Source of the DNA: a virus
Reading direction: 5' to 3' (one strand)
DNA length: 64,000 bases
IMG/VR virus record: IMGVR_UViG_3300021492_000072
Positions 55,883 through 64,000 of this stretch are shown here, piece by piece (position 1 is the stretch's first letter; the number at the start of each line of letters is the position of its first letter). A program made the translations under genes and the position numbers. A model generated the notes under the pieces. The model was not told the DNA's origin. It saw only the letters and a list, made by a program, of their open reading frames with translations, and did no database searches.

Positions 55883-58800
55883 GTGACAACTTCGCAGAGC
55901 ATAACTGAGGGGAGAAACGCTTTCAAGTTCACCCCAACTAAGTGGCTGAGGATTGAGGCGTCGAAGAAGGAAGCTCCGGAAGCCAAAATATTAGTTGGGA
56001 AGAAAGACTACGTCAAAGTACGCTACCTTGGCAGTGTTTCAACTACGCCGACACAAGAAGAGGGCAGGCTAAGATGGTGTGGTGAGGACGAGGAAGTCCA
56101 CCTTTACCACTTAGGGCACAAAAAACATCAGGGAAAAAGGCAACTACATCCTGTTGAGGAGTGGTCTTACGAACAAGAAGTCATCTTAAAGAAGAAGCCC
56201 TTAAACAGTACTCTAACTTTTGAAGTCGAGGCTAAAGGACTGGAATACAGAAAGGAAGGTGACAAATACGTTTTTTACAGAAAGATTAGGCTACCAGCTT
56301 CAGAGGAAGAGATATGTGAAGATATCTTCTACCTTAACCCCATAGTCGTCAGAGACAGTCAAGGTAAAGAGACAAAACCAAAAGTAGAGTTAAAAGATGG
56401 GATCCTAACAATCAAGATCAACAAAAACTTCCTTAACAAAGCGGTCTATCCAATAAGCGTCGACCCCTCTTATACAGTCAAGACCGGCGCTAGCTATGCT
56501 TCCACACAAACCAACAATCAGCGTAAGCTAGCCAGGACTAGTGACGGTACTTTATGGTGTGTTTACCACCGATCAGATGGGTCTTACAACCAGGTCTATG
56601 CCTCCTACTCTACTAATGATGGTGAGACTTGGACGGAAGAGCAAGTAACAAACGTAAGCGGCAATCAGTATTACCCCTCTATTGCTATAGATAGTAACGA
56701 TAACATCCACGTGGTTTGGCGGGGGTACGGCTGGGGGAGCAATACTAATAGGAACAACGTCCGATATAGAAAGAGGACCTCTTCGGGATGGCAAACACAT
56801 GAAGCAGTAACAGATATAAGTTACCATCAATATGACCCCGCAATTGCCATAGACAGTCAGGATAATATTCACGTAGTTTGGTGTGGTGGAGGTTGGGGAA
56901 CTAATACTAGCTACAACAATATTCAATACAGAAAAAGAACCTCGTCAGGATGGCAAACACAAGAGTCAGTGACAGATACAAATAACAACCAGAGCCGCCC
57001 CGCCATCGCTATAGATAGTAACGATAACGTTCATGTAGTTTGGCAAGGTAAAGGGTGGGGGACAAACACCGCTAACGACGACATTCAATATAGAAAGAGA
57101 ACCTCTTCAGGGTGGCAAACGCAAGAAGATGTTACAGATAGGACCGACTACCAGCAGTCGCCCTCTATTGCTATAGATAGTAATGATGACATTCATGTGG
57201 TTTGGTATGGGTATGGTTGGGGAACGAACACTAGTTACTACAACATACGGTATAGAAAGAGAACCTCTTCAGGATGGCAATCTCATGAGGCAGTAACAGA
57301 TAAAGACAACAACCAATACGACCCCACTATTGCTATAGATAAGAACGACAACATTCATGTAGTTTGGCACGGCCAGGGGTGGGGTAGTAACCCTAGTTAC
57401 TACAACATTCAATATAGGAAGAGAACTTCGTCAGGGTGGCAAACACAAGAGGGGCTCACAGACGTATCAGCCTATCAATATTCCCCTAACTGTATTTGGG
57501 CATTGCACCCTACTGTCTCGGGTGAGAAGCCAAACAGAACTAAAACAGGATACGCTTTTGTCTGGGTGGATGGATCAACGATCAAATTTTACAAGAGTGA
57601 TGACTTGGCGTGGGACGCACCACCTAAGGCTTATCTCACAGTTGACTCTCTACTAGAAAAGTCGAACCTAAACACAACTTTCAGTATCGATACTATCACC
57701 TGGCCTGGTTATTCTTACACAATTAGGTCAAACATAGAGAGTACAGCAGACAATGGTCAACGTGCGCTAGCCAGGACTAGTGACGGTACTTTATGGTGTG
57801 CTTATTGTCGGTCAGATGGGTCTTACAACCAGGTCTACGCCGCTTACTCTACTGACGGTGGGGTAAGCTGGGCGGAAGAGCAAATAACGAACGCAAGTGG
57901 TAATCAATACAACCCCGCTATCGCTATAGATAGTAACGATAACGTTCATGTGGTTTGGACTGGGCAAGGTTGGGGGAGTAATACAGGATATAAAAACATT
58001 CAGTACCGAAAAAGAACCTCATCAGGGTGGCAAACACAAGAAGCACTAACAGATAAAGACGCTGACCAAGTCAGCCCCTCAATTGCTATAGATAGCGATA
58101 ATGACGTTCACATAGTTTGGTATGGTAAAGGATGGGGTGATAATCCTAGCTACTACAACATCCAATATAGAAAGAGAACTCTAACTACTTGGGAGACGCA
58201 AGAGGCAATAACAGATGTAGCCCATCACCAACAAGGCCCTTCTATTGCCATCGATAGTAACGATAACATTCATGTAGTCTGGTACGGTGCAGGTTGGGGG
58301 TCAAACCCCGCTTACGACGATATTCAGTATAGAAAGAAAACCCTACTTGGGTGGCAGTCGCAGGAATCCGTTACAGACGTAGATGGTGAGAATCAAACCG
58401 AACCTTGTATCGCTATAGACGGAAATGACGACGTCCATGTAGTTTGGCGTGGGACAGGATGGGGAACATACACAGGGTACGTCAATATCCAATATAGAAA
58501 GAGAACCTCATCTGGTTGGCAACCCCAAGAAGCAGTGACAGATAAAGATGATGATCAATACGCCCCCTCCATTGCTGTAGATAGTGACGGTAACGTTCAT
58601 GTGGTTTGGAGCGGTAAAGGCTGGGGTACAAACGTAAGTGTAGTCAACGTTCAACACAGAAAAAGAACCTTTGTGGGGTGGCAAAACCCAGAATCAGTCA
58701 CTGACGTGTCTACGCCAACTCAGGAGTGTCCAAACCTTATCTGGGCATTACATCCTACAGTATCTGGAGCGAAAACTAACAGAGCAAAGAGAGGTTTCGC

Positions 58801-61800
58801 GCTCGTCTGGAGAGACGGCTCAACATTTAAAATTTACAAAAGTAACGATTTGGACTGGGAAACGCCTCCTGCGACTTGTACGATCGACTCACTACTAAAA
58901 AAACTAGGTGTAACTTCATCATTTGGTATTGACACTTATATTGGGACCCCACTTTTAGAATCCATATCAATTGACTCCATAATTCAAAAATTAAGATCAG
59001 CCTACAGTACAGTCGACGCCCTACTTAAAAGTCTCTTCATAGTTAAAGAAAGCGTCCCAACCAATAGTACAGCATACAACAATCAACGTAAGCTAGCCAG
59101 GACTAGTGACGGTATTTTGTGGTGCGTTTACCTTCGCTGGGATGGGTCATACTACCAAGTCTATGCTGCTTACTCCACTGATGATGGTGAAACTTGGACA
59201 GAAGAGCAAGTAACAAACGCAAGTAATAATCAATACTGCCCTTCTATTGCTATCGATAGTAACGATGACATCCACGTGGTTTGGAGCGGTTATGGTTGGG
59301 GAACAAACACGAACTACCGTAACATTCAATACAGGAAGAGAACCTCTTCAGGATGGCAAACGCAAGAGTCAGTAACAGATAAGAATCGAAATCAATGGTA
59401 TCCCTCTATTGCTATAGATAGTAATGATAACGTTCATGTAGTTTGGGAAGGCAAAGGATGGGGAACAAATACTGAATACGACAACATTCAATACAGGAAG
59501 AGAACCTCTTCAGGGTGGCAACCACAAGAGTCAGTCACAGATAAGGATAGGAACCAGCCACACCCCACTATCGCTATAGATAGCCAAGACAACATCCATG
59601 TAGTTTGGTCTGGTCAGGGTTGGGGAACGAACAACAACTACGACAATGTACAATACAGGAAGAGAACCTCGTCAGGATGGCAAACACAAGAAGCAGTAAC
59701 AGATAAAGATGCCTCTCAGACTTCTCCAGTTATCGCTATAGACAGTAGCGACAACATTCACGTAGTCTGGGCAGGTGCAGGTTGGGGCACGCTTGGATAT
59801 GTAGATATTCAGTATAGAAAGAGGACATCAAGTGGGTGGCAAGATCGAGAAGCAGTAACGGATGCGGGTACCGACCAAAGTAATCCTACCATTGCTGTGG
59901 ATGAAGATGATAATGTTTACGTGGTTTGGAGTTGTAATCCCTATAAAATCTGTCACAGAAAAAGGACTTCTTCGGGGTGGCAAACACAAGAGGAGCTCAT
60001 AAGCGCGTCGACTGAGCAAGAATACCCTAGTCTCATTTGGGCGTTACACCCCACTGTCTCAAACGGAAAGCCGAACAGAACTAAAGCAGGATATGCTTTT
60101 GTTTGGGTAGATGGAACAACACTCAAATACTACAAGAGTAGCGATTTAGATTGGGGTTCACCATACATCAAATCTTACAGCTGTACAATTAATACCTTCC
60201 TAAGGAAACTGTGTCAGAAACCATTTAGCATTGACGCTTTCATTGGTCCCCCACTTGTAAGATACTTGTTTGTCAGTGCACTGCTTCAGAAGTTTAACCT
60301 GAGTCACAGCTTCAATATAGACACACTAGTTGAAATCCCGATTTACACCTACACAGTTAAGACAGGTGCGACGAGTGACAGCACATCTTATAACAATCAG
60401 AGGAAACTAGCTAGAACTAGTAATGGCACCTTGTGGTGCGTCTACCATCGATCAGATGGGTCTTACCTCCAAATATATGCTGCTTACTCCACTGATGATG
60501 GGGAAAGTTGGACGGAGGAGCAAATAACAAACGCAAGTAATAATCAATACTGCCCTTCTATTGCCATCGATAGTAACGATGACATCCACGTGGTTTGGTA
60601 TGGGCGAGGTTGGGGAAGCAATACAAGTAAGTACAACATTCAATACAGGAAGAGAACCTCTTCAGGATGGCAAACGCAAGAGTCAGTAACGGATAAAGGT
60701 GAGGATCAGTACTACCCCGCCATTGCCATAGATAGTAACGATGACATCCACGTGGTTTGGGAAGGCACGGGCTGGGGTACGTTCTCTGAAACGGTTAACA
60801 TTCGGTACAGAAAGAGAACTTCGTCAGGATGGCAAGATCACGAAGCAGTAACAGACAAAAGTGACCACCAATACAGACCAGCTATTGCTATAGACAGCAA
60901 TGATAACGTTCACGTAGTTTGGGAAGGCAAAGGATGGGGAACAAACCCAGACAACCAAAACATCCGGCACAGAAAAAGAACCTCTGAGGCATGGATGACA
61001 CCTGACCCGGTCACGGATGTGTCAAGCAACCAACATAACCCTTCTATTGCTATAGATAGTAATGATGACATTCATGTGGTTTGGTATGGGTATGGTTGGG
61101 GAACTCAACCTAGCGACTACAACATCAAATACAGGAAAAAAACTTCTCTGGGGTGGCAGTCGATCGAGTCGATAACAGACAAAAGTACCAGCCAATATTA
61201 CCCCTCTATTGCTATAGATAGTGATGACGTCATTCACGTAGTTTGGTACGGTCTTGGTTGGGGAACCAACACCGGCTATTACAACATCATATACAGAAAA
61301 AGAACTCCTTCAGGGTGGCAAACACCGTTAACAATCACTGACGAACCGGCTCATCAGAGGCACCCGGGTCTCATTTGGGCACTGCACCCAACGATTTCAA
61401 ATGTCAAACCAGGCAGAACAAGGAAAGGCTGTGCCCTCGTTTGGGTAGATGGAACGACTGTTAAGTTTGGCAAAGTCTTCTTAGAATGGGAAGTTCCTTT
61501 CGGAACTAGTAGCTACACAATCAATTCCCTATTGGAAAAGATAGATCAGATTTCCACATTTAATATTGATGCGTATGTTGGAGAGGTGCTTCTAGAGTCC
61601 ACAACTATAGATGCGATACTCCAGAAAGCACTCACAAACAGCTTCATCATAGACGCACGGATACGCGAAGCATCAGTGCCCAGCATAACTATCGACGCAG
61701 TATTAGTAGAACCAAGTCCGTATTATACAGTTGCTATTAGTGTACCAAGCAACAGTACAGAGTTTAGTGCGCAGCGGAAGTTGGTCAGAGCAAGTGACGG

Positions 61801-64000
61801 TACTTATTGGTGTGTCTTTTGTCGCGCAGACGAGAACTATTACCGACAAATCTACGTCGCTTACTCTACCAACAAAGGGAAAACCTGGACTATAGAACAA
61901 GTGAGTTTCGCAACAGCTAATCAATACAACCCCTCCATTGCTATAGATAGCCAGGACAACATTCACGTAGTCTGGGCAGGTGCAAGCTGGGGTACGTACC
62001 CCACAATCCAAAACATTCAGTACAGGAAAAGAACCTCTTCGGGGTGGCAACCACAAGAGTCAGTCACAGATGTAAATAATGTTCAGTATAGACCCGTTGT
62101 TGCTATAGACAGCAATGATAACGTTCATGTAGTTTGGTATGGCCAAGGCTGGGGGCTGTACTACAACTACTACAACATTCAATACAGAAAGAGAACCTCG
62201 GCAGGGTGGCAAGACCGAGAGGCGGTAACGGATAAAAAAGGACATCAATTCGACCCTGCCATCGCTGTAGACAGTCAAAACAATATTCACGTAGTCTGGT
62301 ATGGTAAGGGCTGGGGAACAAACTATGAACGCTACAACATTCAATACAGAAAGAGAACATCAGATGGATGGCAAACACAAGAGGCTGTGACGAACGAAGA
62401 GCACGATCAACAACATCCTTCCATCGCTGTAGATAGTTGGGATTGTGTTCATGTAGTCTGGTCAGGTCAGGGGTGGAGCGGACCCTACATATTCGACATC
62501 CGTTATAGAAAAAGAACTTCGGTCAGTTGGCTGCCACACGAAGCAGTAACATACACTAAAGGTGAGGATCAGCATCACCCCTCAATCGCGATAGACAAAT
62601 TTGACAAGATCCACGTAGTATGGCACGGTAAGGGTTGGGGAGAAAATACAGACAAGAACAACATTCAATACAGGAGAAAAACTTCTGATGGTTGGCAAGC
62701 GCAAATAAGCCTCACAGATTCACCATATGATCAATATCATCCAAGTCTTATTTGGGCGCTACATCCAACTATTTCTGAATTAAAGACAAATAGGCCAAAA
62801 TCTGGCTACGCCTTCATTTGGACAAGCGGGTCGTCTGTGAAGATCTACAAGAGTAAGGATTTAAGGTGGGAAAGGTTAATGTTAGGAGTATCTACCGGAT
62901 GGACACGGTGTGGGGCTCTAACCGAAACACAAAACCAACACCAAGCACATCCTCTAATTTGGGCCTTAAGACAAGTGCTCTTAAACGCCTTCCCTCTACC
63001 AAAAATCATCACTCAGTTTTTGAGAGACGTGATTGCGAAGTATAACACCCCCTCGCGAAGTTATCCTGTAACTCAAATCATTGATGGCACTGTACAACAA
63101 CTGAAAAACACAATTGTAAAACACAACACCCCGTCACACATTTACCACATGAATCAGATCACTGATGGGATCGCACAGCAGTTAAAGAGCCTGATCTCTA
63201 GTGATCCAATACGAAGAAGCCAATTCCTACGTAACGTTTTGACTACATTTACGTTGACTACCGAGCATCATCTACGAACAGCAGTTGGTGGTGCACCAAG
63301 TGATATAATAGGTTTTGGTGATGGAACAAGTACGACGTTCACCGGCAACCTAACTTACACACCACATGTATCCTCTGTTGTTATCCACTACACTATTAAT
63401 GGTGCTTCATACGAAGGTGTTGCCGATGAAGACGGGAACATAACAGGTACCTACATAGCCAGTGGGACCATCGATCCTAATGGTCATCTAACGCTTACGT
63501 TTACTATCGCACCAGATTCAGGTTCATCGATCTTAGCTTCATATACCCGTAGAATGGTTGATTGGTCTCTAAAGGTTGATGGGGTTGATTTCAGCACAGT
63601 TGTAAGCGAAGTTCACGTTAGCCAAAGAGAGAGCGAAAAGATCAATCACATTGAGGTCACCGTAAAAGACCCTAGTAAGTTCACAATGTGTGACCCCGCC
63701 CATAATTGGGGTACAGAAAGGATTCAATTAACTGTTGGTGACACTACCTACTCTTTTCTTCTTGAGTCACGCGAAGGTTCAGAAGTAGAGTTCACAATTT
63801 GGGGAAGGGCTAAAGCAGCACTCTTAACAGAACCCTTCGCGGAGAAGGTTGATAAAGAGTGGTCAGACCTGAACGCGTCATCTATAGCATCAGAATTAGC
63901 TGGCAGTGTACCTCTAGACTGGGAGGCGGTGGATTACTATATCCCGTACGGTAGTTTTGAAGGTTACCCCTTAGACATAATAGGAAGGTTAGCTGAAACG
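55883..64000 (+). CDS. Giant tail protein (>2,700 aa, 3' end outside window): five beta-propeller modules, stalk linkers, then a baseplate-hub-like region
   Basis: AGGAGG SD + GTG at 55883; the same frame read open at the start, in the repeats and at the end; absent from the ORF track, consistent with no stop in the window; Asp-box S.(N/D).G.TW. Confidence 0.85.
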   Translation, partial: MTTSQSITEGRNAFKFTPTKWLRIEASKKEAPEAKILVGKKDYVKVRYLGSVSTTPTQEEGRLRWCGEDEEVHLYHLGHKKHQGKRQLHPVEEWSYEQEVILKKKPLNSTLTFEVEAKGLEYRKEGDKYVFYRKIRLPASEEEICEDIFYLNPIVVRDSQGKETKPKVELKDGILTIKINKNFLNKAVYPISVDPSYTVKTGASYASTQTNNQRKLARTSDGTLWCVYHRSDGSYNQVYASYSTNDGETWTEEQVTNVSGNQYYPSIAIDSNDNIHVVWRGYGWGSNTNRNNVRYRKRTSSGWQTHEAVTDISYHQYDPAIAIDSQDNIHVVWCGGGWGTNTSYNNIQYRKRTSSGWQTQESVTDTNNNQSRPAIAIDSNDNVHVVWQGKGWGTNTANDDIQYRKRTSSGWQTQEDVTDRTDYQQSPSIAIDSNDDIHVVWYGYGWGTNTSYYNIRYRKRTSSGWQSHEAVTDKDNNQYDPTIAIDKNDNIHVVWHGQGWGSNPSYYNIQYRKRTSSGWQTQEGLTDVSAYQYSPNCIWALHPTVSGEKPNRTKTGYAFVWVDGSTIKFYKSDDLAWDAPPKAYLTVDSLLEKSNLNTTFSIDTITWPGYSYTIRSNIESTADNGQRALARTSDGTLWCAYCRSDGSYNQVYAAYSTDGGVSWAEEQITNASGNQYNPAIAIDSNDNVHVVWTGQGWGSNTGYKNIQYRKRTSSGWQTQEALTDKDADQVSPSIAIDSDNDVHIVWYGKGWGDNPSYYNIQYRKRTLTTWETQEAITDVAHHQQGPSIAIDSNDNIHVVWYGAGWGSNPAYDDIQYRKKTLLGWQSQESVTDVDGENQTEPCIAIDGNDDVHVVWRGTGWGTYTGYVNIQYRKRTSSGWQPQEAVTDKDDDQYAPSIAVDSDGNVHVVWSGKGWGTNVSVVNVQHRKRTFVGWQNPESVTDVSTPTQECPNLIWALHPTVSGAKTNRAKRGFALVWRDGSTFKIYKSNDLDWETPPATCTIDSLLKKLGVTSSFGIDTYIGTPLLESISIDSIIQKLRSAYSTVDALLKSLFIVKESVPTNSTAYNNQRKLARTSDGILWCVYLRWDGSYYQVYAAYSTDDGETWTEEQVTNASNNQYCPSIAIDSNDDIHVVWSGYGWGTNTNYRNIQYRKRTSSGWQTQESVTDKNRNQWYPSIAIDSNDNVHVVWEGKGWGTNTEYDNIQYRKRTSSGWQPQESVTDKDRNQPHPTIAIDSQDNIHVVWSGQGWGTNNNYDNVQYRKRTSSGWQTQEAVTDKDASQTSPVIAIDSSDNIHVVWAGAGWGTLGYVDIQYRKRTSSGWQDREAVTDAGTDQSNPTIAVDEDDNVYVVWSCNPYKICHRKRTSSGWQTQEELISASTEQEYPSLIWALHPTVSNGKPNRTKAGYAFVWVDGTTLKYYKSSDLDWGSPYIKSYSCTINTFLRKLCQKPFSIDAFIGPPLVRYLFVSALLQKFNLSHSFNIDTLVEIPIYTYTVKTGATSDSTSYNNQRKLARTSNGTLWCVYHRSDGSYLQIYAAYSTDDGESWTEEQITNASNNQYCPSIAIDSNDDIHVVWYGRGWGSNTSKYNIQYRKRTSSGWQTQESVTDKGEDQYYPAIAIDSNDDIHVVWEGTGWGTFSETVNIRYRKRTSSGWQDHEAVTDKSDHQYRPAIAIDSNDNVHVVWEGKGWGTNPDNQNIRHRKRTSEAWMTPDPVTDVSSNQHNPSIAIDSNDDIHVVWYGYGWGTQPSDYNIKYRKKTSLGWQSIESITDKSTSQYYPSIAIDSDDVIHVVWYGLGWGTNTGYYNIIYRKRTPSGWQTPLTITDEPAHQRHPGLIWALHPTISNVKPGRTRKGCALVWVDGTTVKFGKVFLEWEVPFGTSSYTINSLLEKIDQISTFNIDAYVGEVLLESTTIDAILQKALTNSFIIDARIREASVPSITIDAVLVEPSPYYTVAISVPSNSTEFSAQRKLVRASDGTYWCVFCRADENYYRQIYVAYSTNKGKTWTIEQVSFATANQYNPSIAIDSQDNIHVVWAGASWGTYPTIQNIQYRKRTSSGWQPQESVTDVNNVQYRPVVAIDSNDNVHVVWYGQGWGLYYNYYNIQYRKRTSAGWQDREAVTDKKGHQFDPAIAVDSQNNIHVVWYGKGWGTNYERYNIQYRKRTSDGWQTQEAVTNEEHDQQHPSIAVDSWDCVHVVWSGQGWSGPYIFDIRYRKRTSVSWLPHEAVTYTKGEDQHHPSIAIDKFDKIHVVWHGKGWGENTDKNNIQYRRKTSDGWQAQISLTDSPYDQYHPSLIWALHPTISELKTNRPKSGYAFIWTSGSSVKIYKSKDLRWERLMLGVSTGWTRCGALTETQNQHQAHPLIWALRQVLLNAFPLPKIITQFLRDVIAKYNTPSRSYPVTQIIDGTVQQLKNTIVKHNTPSHIYHMNQITDGIAQQLKSLISSDPIRRSQFLRNVLTTFTLTTEHHLRTAVGGAPSDIIGFGDGTSTTFTGNLTYTPHVSSVVIHYTINGASYEGVADEDGNITGTYIASGTIDPNGHLTLTFTIAPDSGSSILASYTRRMVDWSLKVDGVDFSTVVSEVHVSQRESEKINHIEVTVKDPSKFTMCDPAHNWGTERIQLTVGDTTYSFLLESREGSEVEFTIWGRAKAALLTEPFAEKVDKEWSDLNASSIASELAGSVPLDWEAVDYYIPYGSFEGYPLDIIGRLAET
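56513..62870 (+). repeat. Five modules, each with five ~162-bp (54-aa) blade repeats PSIAIDSNDNIHVVWxGxGWG...NIQYRKRTSSGWQ
   Basis: Module starts near 56515, 57755, 59080, 60390, 61770; each ends IWALHPT(V/I)S. Confidence 0.9.

Larger units (their letters stand above)
1..64000. mobile_element. Tailed dsDNA bacteriophage genome segment (siphovirus-like), no host genes or boundaries in the window
   Basis: Terminase, portal, HK97-type protease, capsid, holin, tail tube, tail chaperone and tape measure genes; dense small-ORF early region; no sheath, integrase or housekeeping operon recognised. Confidence 0.95.

Noticed and set aside
56573-62378. Repeated minus-strand ORFs beginning MNVV/MNIV in the ORF track
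   Set aside because: Antisense shadows of the plus-strand blade repeats.
56513-62870. Diversity-generating retroelement acting on the propeller repeats
   Set aside because: No reverse transcriptase or non-coding template repeat in the window, and differences are not confined to adenines; one outside the window cannot be excluded.
1-64000. Archaeal host, suggested by GGAGGTGA SDs and an Agl3-like gene
   Set aside because: A holin_4-type holin and TTGAC-17-TAnAA promoters favour a bacterium; not fully excluded.
1-64000. tRNA/rRNA genes, integrase, tail sheath
   Set aside because: None recognised by eye; tRNAscan-SE and HMM searches would be needed to confirm absence.

Overview
The window is an internal 64-kb segment of a tailed dsDNA phage genome (HK97-type head, long tape measure, no sheath gene seen). 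The host is probably a bacterium, judged from the holin, CTTGAC -35 boxes and AGGAGGTGA ribosome-binding sites. The Lys/Glu-rich proteins hint at a thermophile, which is inference. 1-11.9 kb is a leftward array of small early/accessory genes. 11.9-12.3 kb is a divergent non-coding control region. 12.3-64 kb holds the virion genes in an unusual mixed-strand order: terminase, a portal-MuF-metallopeptidase fusion, protease/scaffold, capsid, holin, two fibre modules, neck, tube, frameshifted chaperone, tape measure, and a >2,700-aa tail protein that is missing from the ORF track because it runs off the window. The two strongest candidates for something undescribed are: (1) otherwise unrelated proteins in the virion region (GNAT-like, ATP-grasp, zincin-like, glycine-zipper) that share a short GxW[VIF]Txx(x)G[RK][RK]V[FC]I tag, usually followed by a hydrophobic helix, a possible virion-cargo addressing system, with one member inserted between ~140-bp direct repeats; (2) eight copies of a covarying RNA hairpin with an AAUC bulge placed directly before the SD of early genes, plus a perfect H-type pseudoknot. 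The phage also carries a UDP-sulfoquinovose synthase and two glycosyltransferases. All family calls come from motif recognition by eye; no database search was run.
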